This document shows positions 11,172 through 21,911 of a stretch of 64,000 nt of DNA, piece by piece. A program made the position numbers and the translations under genes. Position 1 is the first letter of the stretch; each line of letters begins with the position of its first letter. Below the pieces are notes generated by a model, which was not told the DNA's origin, ran no database searches, and saw only the letters and a list, made by a program, of their open reading frames with translations. This DNA is from Rhizophagus irregularis. Its lineage: Eukaryota. Where the stretch lies: NCBI RefSeq assembly GCF_026210795.1, contig NC_089432.1, forward strand, positions 2,356,001 through 2,420,000, read 5' to 3'.

Positions 11172-12636
11172 ATCCGAAAACCACCTTCCTCATCGGGAAC
11201 AATTTTCAAGTCATCAAAACTCGCGGTATTAGTATCAATATCCATAGCATCATCATTAAGATCGAGGTTTCTCATTGCTCGGGCTAATTCCAGATCATCG
11301 CGTCTATCTTTAGCCTTCTGAAGTCTCTTTGGAAATCTTTTAGACGTCTCATATCCCATAATAAGATCAATAACATGTTGATCATCCTCACTAGTCCACT
11401 CAGGAGCATCAGGGTCACCAGGGTCATCACCAAAATCATGATCTACATAACCATCATCCCAATCAGGATCCTGATGATCCTGAACAACGCGTGGCCGTGG
11501 CTTTGGCCGAACAGGTTTAATCTGTTGTCTATAGACCGGTGGTTTACGAACTGGCTTAGATGCTTGTAATTGTTTAAATTGTGCCTGGAAATTCTTGGTA
11601 AGTTCCTCGGCCTGCGCCTTGAGCAATTCTTGTAATCGTTCTTGAGTAATAACGTCTGTCGACCTTTGTATTACAGCACCTTCGTGTGGAGTCACGGGAT
11701 GAGTATAGCCAGCCAATTCCTCTTTTTTAGCCTTTTCAATACCCTGGCGCCTTTGTAATCCATAGAACATTTCACCCTTTCGTCGCTCAAGATCACTCAA
11801 TCTATCGATTAATATATTAAGAGGCGCCGCCCCGATTCTGGAAGCTTCAATAACGTTTTCCGGCAAAAGTCCTCTATAGAACTGGTCAGTAACCATAATT
11901 CGATTATATCCTACAATATCCCCAGCCCTCTCAACTCGCTTATAGTAAGATCGAACAGGTTCACCTTGTTCCTGGTAAAGATTACTAAATCGTATCTGAA
12001 GTCTTTCTTCCACGACGGTTGGAAAATTTGTACGCATATGCATAAATGCTTGATCCAGGAGAATCCCCTGTAAGACTATTGGTTGATTCTGGACAGCAGC
12101 ATTAAATGGACCTCCATGATTTCCCAACCCATTAACGGGTTGATGAGTAGGACGTCCGCCCGCACGCCTCCACTGCTCTTCAACTTTAAAATTCGTTCTA
12201 ACGATATCAGCGCGTGATGGGAAAAATGCATCTCCAACGGTTACCGCCGCATTACCTGCAACCCTTGAATATACATCAGCATCAGACCCGGGTAAGTAAG
12301 TACCAACATGTAATCCATTAGCAACCTCAGGAACAGCTAAAGCTCTGAACGCTCGGCGAGTAGCACCGGCTCCACCATTTGCAGCAGCCACTAACCGAAT
12401 ATTCGAGAGTTCCCAATTTTTTCCAGTAAGTTCTGCATCAAACCACCTCGCCGCTTCATCTCTCATACAGCTACGAAGAACCCCATCACTCGCACCCGAC
12501 CAGGAGGCGCACCGGCATCGTCCAATGGATCAATACCAACGGTATTAATATACCCTAAAAAGTTATCAATAAAAAGATTAAGATCTTCATCTTCCCGACC
12601 ATGAAATATGGGGGCAGCTATACCAACGGCAGCCAT
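11141..12636 (-). CDS. gag: Retrotransposon Gag (capsid)-like protein, 1-nt frameshift at the G-run 12481-12484
   Basis: PIFHGREDEDLNLFI, MRDEAARWF, LYQEQGEPVRSYYKRV (MHR-like), QFYRGL. Confidence 0.8.
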
Positions 12637-13322
12637 ATCGTATTTTGTGGATGGTTGAGAGGAGGTGGAGGAAGGTTCAATTGTCTGATCCGAAACCATT
12701 GTACTTGGATACGCAGAGCGGCTATTTGTTGGAAAAGTCGATTCCTAAGACGTCCCAATGTCCGAATTCCAAAAAGAACCCGATTATTGGCATATACAAG
12801 CCGATTTCGTGCCACATCACGCTCGCCTATAGCTCTATTACGTTCACCTATAGCTCTATTACGTTCTCCTCTCATAAGATTATATTGCTGCTGAAGACGA
12901 CGATTAGTCGTCCGCATACCACCAAACTCACGTTCCAATTCAGCCAAATTAGCTTCTAAACTAGTAATAGTATCTTGTACGTTATTTAGCTCATCTTGTG
13001 TAAGACCTAACAAACCCGTTTGAACCTCGAGTTCATCTTGTAATTCATCACGTTCTTTTCGAGATCGATCGCGTTCCGCTTTTAATATATCGCGTTCTTC
13101 GTATGTTTCTCTACAGCGATGAATTAATAAATTAAGAGCATGTTTAAGACGATGGTTTGCATTTTGTACATCTCGATTAACAACCATGCGATCACTGACA
13201 GTTAAAAAATCTGTTAGATCCTTAATTACCGCAACTAATGGTATATTATTCATATCACGCAAATCCCTAGGAGGCGGTCCAGTAGGCTCTGAAGGAGTAT
13301 AAATTGCAATTGGTGTCGACAT
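12618..13322 (-). CDS. Coiled-coil protein, probably the N-terminal part of the Gag polyprotein
   Basis: Heptad-rich with a 21-nt repeat (RNRAIGE); its Pro-rich end overlaps the gag start in another frame. Confidence 0.7.
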   Translation of the reverse strand: MSTPIAIYTPSEPTGPPPRDLRDMNNIPLVAVIKDLTDFLTVSDRMVVNRDVQNANHRLKHALNLLIHRCRETYEERDILKAERDRSRKERDELQDELEVQTGLLGLTQDELNNVQDTITSLEANLAELEREFGGMRTTNRRLQQQYNLMRGERNRAIGERNRAIGERDVARNRLVYANNRVLFGIRTLGRLRNRLFQQIAALRIQVQWFRIRQLNLPPPPLNHPQNTIWLPLV

Positions 13323-13353
13323 CGTATTTAAACTAAGATAGAATAAAATTCAA

Positions 13354-14577
13354 ATGGATCTTTATGTATACAATTTGGACGAGTACACGACCGACTCGAG
13401 ACAGGGTAATGAGTTTGCCCCATCATGGCCTTTCCGTCTTGCCGTAGCAGGAAGTTCTGACTCGGGTAAGACAACTATGATTATTAATTTGTTAATGGGA
13501 GACAAGAAGGCAAAGGAGGATGGCGAAAGGTACATATTATGTGATGCGGTAATTCTAGTTGGCAGATACCTCGATGAACCGAAGTGGGCAGTCGTACGTG
13601 ATTTTTTCAAAGAAGAAGAAATTCCGTTTACCGCAGTATCCCATAGTGAGATTCCAAATGTTAAGGACTTCAACTCCACCCAGGCTACTGTGGTAATCTT
13701 CGAGGATTTGATGGATGCGCCTAAAAAAACCCAGGATCTCATCACTGGATTTTTTACACACGGGCGTCACAAAAATATCTCGTGTATCTATGTGGCCCAA
13801 AGATTCTTTACCATTCCCAAGGCTATTCGTGAAAATGTGAATTATATTTCCCTACATGGAGGTCACGGAAGTTTGACCGATACTAAGAGGATCATCCGCC
13901 AGTATACAGAAGAATCGGAGTCACTAGCTCCAGTAATCGATGACCTTACTCTACAACGCGAATTTATAGTATTTGATCTTAGAAGATCCAAGAGCGATCC
14001 GTTATCTATTCGGGTTAGATGGGATACTAGTCTCAGTTCGATCACCGATCAATCTCAGTTCGATCCTAGTTCGATCTCAGTTCAATCCCCGTTCGATCCG
14101 AGTTTGAACCCAGTTCGATCAAAGTTCAATCCGAGTTTGAACCCAGTTCGATCAAAGTTTAGTTCCTATGGCCAGAAAGCCGTAGCTGAAGCAAAAAAGT
14201 CCTCCCAGCTAATCGAGTTTGCTCGGGAATATCCATCGCCTAAAGAGAGAAAACACCTTCTCGTATCTGGTGTTATAGCTAAGAACGCAGATACCTGGAT
14301 TAAGTACGTCTTTCGGGAAGCCTACGGACTATCTGGTAAAACCCTGGGATCAGACTTCCAAAACTTCTTAGCGAAAGTACGGGATAGGACCACGAAGACT
14401 GAAATTCCAAAACCTGAGACCGTAAAGGAGTTATTCTCCCGATATGAAGTCCTGAAGTCTAGTCACCCTTTGGATAATAAAAAATTAATAGAAGGCATCG
14501 GGGTCCTTTTACAGATCTTTTCTAAGGGTCATATGGACCGTCGAGCATTACGAGTAGGGATCAATAGTATTTTGTAA
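13354..14577 (+). CDS. A32/FtsK-like DNA packaging ATPase with C-terminal extension
   Basis: FRLAVAGSSDSGKTT (Walker A), VVIFEDL (Walker B), FTHGRHKNISCIYVAQ, IPKAIREN. Confidence 0.93.
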   Translation: MDLYVYNLDEYTTDSRQGNEFAPSWPFRLAVAGSSDSGKTTMIINLLMGDKKAKEDGERYILCDAVILVGRYLDEPKWAVVRDFFKEEEIPFTAVSHSEIPNVKDFNSTQATVVIFEDLMDAPKKTQDLITGFFTHGRHKNISCIYVAQRFFTIPKAIRENVNYISLHGGHGSLTDTKRIIRQYTEESESLAPVIDDLTLQREFIVFDLRRSKSDPLSIRVRWDTSLSSITDQSQFDPSSISVQSPFDPSLNPVRSKFNPSLNPVRSKFSSYGQKAVAEAKKSSQLIEFAREYPSPKERKHLLVSGVIAKNADTWIKYVFREAYGLSGKTLGSDFQNFLAKVRDRTTKTEIPKPETVKELFSRYEVLKSSHPLDNKKLIEGIGVLLQIFSKGHMDRRALRVGINSIL

Positions 14578-14590
14578 GAATCTGGTTGCT

Positions 14591-15142
14591 TTAGCAACCC
14601 ATCTCGCGAAGTTTTTCCGCAGAAGCCCTAAGAATCATGGCACTTTTTTTACGTCCTTCGAAGTCAATCCGTAGCATCCTAGCTTTTAATCCAATAGCTC
14701 CTAAGGCTCGAGAAGCAAAGTTCTTAGTCATCGGATTTCTTACATGATTTACATAGTTCTCATAGAATGTAGTAAAGGGTTCATCAATACCATCCGGATA
14801 TGTATTCCGTAAGAACTGATATAAGGCAATTTCCCCACTGTCACATCCAATGGCTATAAGCTGTTCAAGAAGCCACTTCCTAGTATCCTCGTATGAATCT
14901 CCGTCCATAATTTTCATATCTAGTCTTTGTGTGAATAATTGCGTAAAATCCGCATTACTTGCCCGACGGATAATCTGGACCAACTTATCCCTGGCAAGTC
15001 CCAAGGCTTGTAAAGGTTCACTCTCGTCACCAATCTTCTTTATAATCTGTCTATACAACACGCTGGATAATCCTCTATATGCCGCTTTTGCAGAGAATAC
15101 TCCACAGTTCTGACACTGGTTTATTACGATTGATGTTGACAT
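14591..15142 (-). CDS. Hypothetical protein with CxxC and a probable C-terminal winged-helix domain
   Basis: FYENY...PMTKNFASRAL resembles FYRVY...PLSKINASRIL after the helicase domain of 28169-30694; first ATG at 15142. Confidence 0.65.
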   Translation of the reverse strand: MSTSIVINQCQNCGVFSAKAAYRGLSSVLYRQIIKKIGDESEPLQALGLARDKLVQIIRRASNADFTQLFTQRLDMKIMDGDSYEDTRKWLLEQLIAIGCDSGEIALYQFLRNTYPDGIDEPFTTFYENYVNHVRNPMTKNFASRALGAIGLKARMLRIDFEGRKKSAMILRASAEKLREMGC

Positions 15143-15303
15143 GGCTATCTTTCTTTGATTATTCGCTCGCTTAGTATCCTTCACAATCTTTTTTATATAT
15201 TGTTATCTTTAAATACCTGTCATTTGTATAAAAAAAAAATAACTGGCATTAAGGGATCAACCGTTGGAAAGACCGGAAGACCAGAGGACCGGAGGACTCA
15301 CCA

Positions 15304-15888
15304 TTAGGAAGCGCAGTCCTTGCACAACTTGTCCGTTAAGTCACTTGGGCTTACAGGCATGAGACATTCCCTACACAACTCAATATTAAGCTCTGCAAGT
15401 CTCGGGGCATGGTCCTCCAAAGTTCGTGGATGACCGGAAGGACCGGAGGAAGGTGTCCCGTTAGTCGTATTCTGCTGTAAGATAAAATCATCATATTCAT
15501 CTTGGTCAGCTTGAATAGCGGCTCTGATTTGTTGTATATTATTGAAAGTTAACCGCTGGCCATCAAGATTTTCCTCATTATAGCGTGTTTCATTGATGAT
15601 TTCATCTATAAGCTCCTCCTCTTCAGAATGAACAAGGTAGTAGTCCTCAACTACCTCGTAGTCACTCTCAACCAGTCTATGATACGTTCTAGTACCGTGT
15701 TGAATATAGCGTCCTGTATCTGTATTTAAATATACAGGTTGTTCCTGGGGTGGAGGCGGTACGGTTTGTCTACGGACAAGCCTTCCATCGATATAATCAT
15801 GGGATTCCATAACTATTCGATTAAAGGTATCTCCACCAACACGGATTGGACGTCCGGTTATAGGATTAGTTATATAAGGGTATGACAT
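15304..15888 (-). CDS. Protein with two 2-cysteine-adaptor-like repeats and a C-terminal Zn finger
   Basis: NPITGRPIRVGGDTFNRI and NTDTGRYIQHGTRTYHRL; CRECL...CKDC. Confidence 0.7.
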   Translation of the reverse strand: MSYPYITNPITGRPIRVGGDTFNRIVMESHDYIDGRLVRRQTVPPPPQEQPVYLNTDTGRYIQHGTRTYHRLVESDYEVVEDYYLVHSEEEELIDEIINETRYNEENLDGQRLTFNNIQQIRAAIQADQDEYDDFILQQNTTNGTPSSGPSGHPRTLEDHAPRLAELNIELCRECLMPVSPSDLTDKLCKDCAS

Positions 15889-16242
15889 GTCTTTTTTCTG
15901 TACGTGTCTACATACCTAATTGTTATCTTCAATTTACAATAACCAAGTGACATCGTCATCAGTCCTTGTCAAGGCAAATATGGCATAGTAGCCTTTATCT
16001 TTATTAAAATTATTTAACGAACTTACAAAAAAATAAAATAAAATTTTCAAAGTACAAAAAAGAAAAATAAAATTAACTAAAAACAAAACTATATAGTCTC
16101 CAAAACAGTAATAAAGCTATAAAATTAATTCAAAAAGGAAAAAATCGCATAACACTAAAACTATCCTGATCCCCCGCCTAGATATATTCCAACCTAAGAA
16201 GAAGCAACTATGCAAGCAAACTAACGAACAATGCGCCCATTA

Positions 16243-19200
16243 TTAAAATCGACACACCACCCTGCTAAAGCTGTTAGTAAGTTGCACCGTTAGACGACCC
16301 ATAAAACCCGAATAGTGATTAAACCAAGGCAAACCATATTTCATCGAGTTCTTTAAATAATCAACGTCGGAGTCACGTGCGGCGTCGGAAAGGGTCGGAG
16401 GAGGTAAAGTTGAGAAAGGTAAGTACGTAGACTTTGGCAAATTTGAAGGCCGAGAAAGTTTAAGTTTTTGAGTGATGTTCATCGCATTTTCCTATTTAGA
16501 TTTGTCATAGGAACGCGGTAGCCAAATTCGTTTTCTGATCTTTTGGATAAAGTGATTGTGGATGGCAGAGATAACCTTCATCGCAGAATTACGTGGGATA
16601 GAAAGTTCTTCAAAAATTTCAACAAAGGATTTCGGAAGGCAGCCACGGACAAGGCTATATGAAGTCCAATTTGAAGAAGAAAAGGACCAACAAGGAAGAG
16701 ATTTAAATTTGTTAATAAGTAAAGAGGGATCTTTCTTAACGAGATCACCAGCTTCTTGAAGTTTGTTGATAAAATGATGTTGGTAGGAGAGGAGAATCTG
16801 TTCCATAGCAATTCGTCTACATTTGCACATAAAAAGGTGCATGAAATCTTCCTTGGAGTCGAGACATGAACGACATGATAAAATGTCGATATACAAGTCC
16901 GGGCGAATTCTTTTAAGATGTTCCAAAGTAGGCAAATCTTCCAAAAAGAGTTTGAATTTGAAGGTGCGATGAGAGGAAGCATGAGCTCGAGTAAAAGAGG
17001 CATCATGTTGAGGTTCAGAATTGAGCGAAAACCAGGTAAGATCCCAATCAATCACGAAATCTGAAGTAAAAGATAAATCAATGGTGAAATTAAAACGTGA
17101 TAAACGCGTTAGTCTATGCATCCACAGCATTTGCGAATATTGCTTGAATAGGCGTCGTGGGTTGGATTCACATAAAATATCATCATATTTTAATAAGAAA
17201 TCGTGAGGAGATACTTGATCCAAATCAGAAAGAAGAACTGCTGAAGAGGAAGTATGCGCAGAATTGGCCAATGAGTCCGCGTAGTCATTGTAGAAATTAC
17301 CAGAGTGACCTTTCACTTTAACAGCCGTGACAGATAAAGATTTAGAGAAAATGAGACTTTCAATAATAGCCCAAAGTTCAAAATTGGTGGTCTTGTAATA
17401 GAGCCTACTATTGGAATAAGAAAAGGTAGCACATAGACGAAGACCATCTATGGCAGATTGAGAGTCAGTATAAATAGTGACCGTTGAGAAGGGAGGAGTG
17501 ACTGTAAGAGCAGCATGTATAGCGGCAATTTCAGCTCTTGTAGAGGAAGGCCAGTTATGAATAATTCCATGAGCGTAAGCAGCGATAGATTGGAAAAAAC
17601 CAGCGCCATCGAGGACTTGAACCCAAGACCAACCCATAGAAACCTCAGGAGTGCCAAGGTTAATTAAAGAACCATCAGTATAAAAACAATAATGGTTATT
17701 AGGAGGAGTCGCTAACGGTGAGGCAGCAAAAGCAAGAGAAGCAGCCGAGCCCAAAGAGGAAGAAAGAGAAGGAGTAGGGAGAGTAACCATCTCTACTTGT
17801 GAAAAATTAGGTTGAGTGTCCAAACGACCATAATATGATCTTACAGTTTCATCAAGGTCCACCCAAGTGAAAGGAGAAGTAATAGTAGTGGTATCATGTC
17901 TAATACGCTCCTGCGTTGTCGGGAGAATTAAAGATCTAAGAGGAGAAAGTTTTGGGATGATACATAAAGGGGTAACATCTGTAGGATTACTTTTAGTATG
18001 GGTAACCGGTATATGTTTAGAACAACCAGGACAAGGAGTGAGCGTGATAACATCATTAGGTCGAGTCACACAATCAGAAGTCCAATGGACAATCTTGCAA
18101 GAATATTGTTGTTTGCTGAGCTGTTTTCCAAATAAAGGGGAACCATCTTCGTCCAAAGACACGATCCATTTCATGGATTTTCTAGAGGAACCAAAGGCAG
18201 GAACCAAATCAACGCCTGAAGGAACGGCTTCGGAAGAGAATTGATCCAAGAGTAGAGAATTGGAATTTGGAACGGTGACATTTTGATGAATGTCATTGAA
18301 CCACTTATGCGGGAGGACTCGATGACCTTTCCTACTTGATAAGCTGGAAAGATAAACATTCCAAGTGATCATATGGGTTCCTTGAGGCGTGATAAATTGA
18401 GATAGGTAATAGAGTTGCAGACTTCTTAGACGTCGGAAATAAGAGATAAAAATCTTTGGGGTCATTATTTCAAATAAAGGCGTATGACCATCGGATACAG
18501 TAAGGTTAGGCAAAGTTGAAAGTGGAGAACATGACAACTTGAAAGGAGTGGCAGTCAGGAGAGCAATAGTGCAAGCGATATAATCCTGCTTAAAAGCAAA
18601 AAGTTTAGACCATATAGTCCAATCTTTAACTAACAACGGAGAAATAGGAATCAAAAAAGAAAATTGAATTAAACGTAATCTATAGAAAAATAAATTTTTC
18701 ATAAAAGAAGAAGAAGAATTAGCTAATAAAAATAAATTAGTTAAATGTGTTTGTGATTGGTGAAAAAATAAATTAATCAATCCCAAGCCTTGAGATAAAA
18801 ACAAAATAGAATCTGGGAGTACACGTGAAAAATTGGCCTTATGTTTAACCATGGAACGAATACTACTGGTTGCCGAGGCACATTCAGATTCGGAGAGGTG
18901 AGTGACTTGCATGCGATATTCCAATTTTGGGATAAGGACGGTGTTGTGCAAATAGACTACTTGTTTAGCAGATAATTTGGCAGGACGAACGGTAGCAGCG
19001 AAAGAGTTGCATTCTCTAGCAACTTGCTTTTTAACAAAATCGCGAGAACCAGCGACATTGAACCAGACGCCCAGGAAGCGGAAAGAGCTATTCATGGAGA
19101 TGGGCACAATAGAAATGGAAGGAACTTTGTTCAATCCAGATAAATGTAAGTCAAACACGACAGGAGAAGGTGAAGAAACTGAAGTGGAAGGCAACGAATT

Positions 19201-21864
19201 AGTAATTAAAACATATTTGTTGTGATTAGCGGAAGTATTATTAATTTGATAAAATTCTTCCGTAATAGAGAGCATCGATTCCATTCCGGATTTGGATGAT
19301 GAAATTAAAGTGGAATCATCCATAAAGACCAAGTTATTGATACGTAATCCATCAGAATTTGTCATAGCCAAGGGATTAGATAATAAAGAAGCATGAAGCG
19401 TATACGGATCCATCATTTCATTCTTAAGAACAGTTAACAAAGGGTCTATATATATAACCCAAAGTAAGGGAGAGATAACTTCGCCTTGATCTATACCAAT
19501 TCGAACACGGTAAGAAGGAGTAGTTCCATGAGCAGTAAAAACGCGATTGGAGCGATTCATGAAAAGGGATAAAATAAATGTTGTAGCAGAAGCAGGAAGT
19601 TTAATGCGTTCAAGAGCGAAATGCAACATCTTGAGATCAACCGAGTCGAAAGCCTTCGAAATATCTTGCGAAAGGATCCAAAGCGGCGATTTGTTGACAT
19701 GAGCATCATGGATAATAGATTCAAGAACGACAATAGGGTCGCGACAAGAACCACCAGGCAGACCAGCGAAGTTTCCTCCTCTGAGCACTTCATTTGAAGC
19801 CAAAATGGAAGCGAGACGATTGTAAAAAAGTTTAACCAAAGATTTCCTAATTACTTCAAGTAAAGTAATAGGTCTTGTGTTCTTGAGTTGACATTTCCAT
19901 TCGTGAGGTTTAGGGATAGGGAAAACCATAGCTTGACGCCATAAATCAGGAATATCTGCAGTACGAAGACATGATTGGACCAGGATTAAGATCAAAGCGG
20001 AAGTGTTAGGGCCCAGATGCTTAAGCATCTCATAAGTGATCATAGAGGGACCAGGAGCTTTGTCATTAGGCATAGAAGAGACCGTAGACAACCATTCGTC
20101 CAGAGTAGGAGGATCCAATAAAGAATTATAAATGGAGGAATCCACATCGTCCATAGGGCGATAAGCGGAAGACCATCTTTCCGGTAAAGCAGAAATGTTA
20201 ATAGGAGGAGTCGATTTGATAGGTACGGAATTTTGGAAATGGTTGATAACAGCGTTATCAATGTCGAGTGGGTCCGTTAAAAGTTTGGGATGCGTAGGGT
20301 AATCAATAAAGACACGATCCAAAGTGATACAGCGTCGAGTTCTTGAAAGAGCAGAATTAATAAAGGAAGAAATATCAGTTTCAAAATTGTTATCCCGATC
20401 GTCCAATTTGGCACGAATGGAAGAGTCTTGAAAGTCTTTTTCTTTGAGAAGAAGGAAACCATGGAGGGTATTGGAGATAGACTTTAAAGATTCCAATAAA
20501 CATTTAAAATCGTCTTGCCTACATGTGGATAAAGAAGTAGGTAAAATAGGGGGAGAAGGAATAACCTTCTTATAAAGATGAAGAATCTTTTGAAGTCGAA
20601 TGAAATGAGCGGACCAAGTACGTTCATATCTATTATAATATGTGGAAGGATATTTTCGCAATAAACGTATCGAATGCAGAAGACGGCTGAGGAAACGATA
20701 ATGTTGAGTTAAAGCTTCCAAATCCTTAGGCATCGTAGGTGTAAATTGGTTGCCAACCGTGACAGACGGAAGAGAGGCATTAGCAGCTTTCACGATACGG
20801 GAATGTAAATATTCACATTGTTGATTGATGTGCCATGTTGAAAAGGTGGAAGGAGAAACGTTGCATAAGGAGTCAGTACAAGTAGAAAAGGATTCCCATT
20901 GCTGAGTAGTAACGGAATCAAATTTAAAAATGCGACGAGTCTGTCGTTGAAGTTGTTTAGCACGAGCAACCTTGATAGACGCAACCAAGAGTGAATCATC
21001 AAAATACGTGATGATAGGATTGTGGTCCGAAGAGCAGGTGTCTTGGGCGTCAAAGATATAAGAAGTGAGAGCGAAGCCTTTTAGCATTGGGCAAGACCAA
21101 ACATAATCTATACGAGTAACTTGGTCATCACGGTGAAAGGTGCCTAAGGAGTCAGAAGCGTTAACAGGAATAGTTTCTTCATAGCCATGAGATAAAAGAT
21201 GATGTAGCAAACGATATGATCGTTGCGAAGCGGTAGCAGGGCGATTAAAATAAATAGGGTAATAGGTATCTAGGTGCATATTAAAATCACCACAAATGGC
21301 ATGATAAAAATTTTGTTGTTTAGTTTGCACCAAAAGTTGTAAAAGAAGATCAATAGTTTCTGATCGTAATTTAGAATCAGAAATAGGGGGAATATAGATC
21401 ACAAAAATACGAAATTTAACGTTGCCTTTAAAATAAAGGTCAACAGATAAAATTCGTGAGGAATGTGAAACAAAATCTTGTACATGGGAAGCAAGGGATT
21501 TTTCAATGAAAAGGGAAACGCCACCAGTAGAATTGACCTGTTTGGTTTTATCTATATCAGATGAAAAGACAGTATAATTAGGGAGGCGTTTAGATAAGAA
21601 ATGAATTCGTTTAGGGGTTAAATGGGTATCAACGATACCACCAAAGGTAATATGTTTAAGATTAAAAAAGTTTGAGATTTGTTCAAATTTAATTTGACTA
21701 TTATGGCGAAGACCATTAACATTAAAAGATGAAATATTAAAGGAATTAGGGATAGGGGAAGAATTTGGGGTAGTAAATAAAGATTCATGTTCAGAAAAGA
21801 TATAAGTATCTACGGGGTTGGGTGGGTTTCGAACAAATGTATCATAATTAAAATTGTCTGACAT
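16243..21864 (-). CDS. LINE ORF2: APE endonuclease - RT - RNase H - Zn finger; one in-frame TAG at 16492-16494
   Basis: SFNVNGL, GDFN, RIDY, SDHNP; QDISKAFDSV, GIDQGEVISP, FMDD; FYTDGS, RAEI, TDSQ, KVKGHSG; CRSC...HLFMC; frame continues to 16243. Confidence 0.95.
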
Positions 21865-21911
21865 TAGAGCACAATGATAATAAAGTACGGGGAAAAAAGG
21901 TGAGAAGTCAG

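Noticed and set aside
10422..13322. Gag-protease as a nested LTR retrotransposon insertion
   Set aside because: No LTR, PBS, PPT, TSD or RT, and only 14 and 31 bp of spacer on either side. An old capture is still possible.
15951..15970. 20-bp match to 24191-24210 as the LINE TSD
   Set aside because: It has a mismatch and corresponds to the second hairpin unit; the perfect 14-bp pair at 15959-15972 and 24146-24159 explains the junction better.
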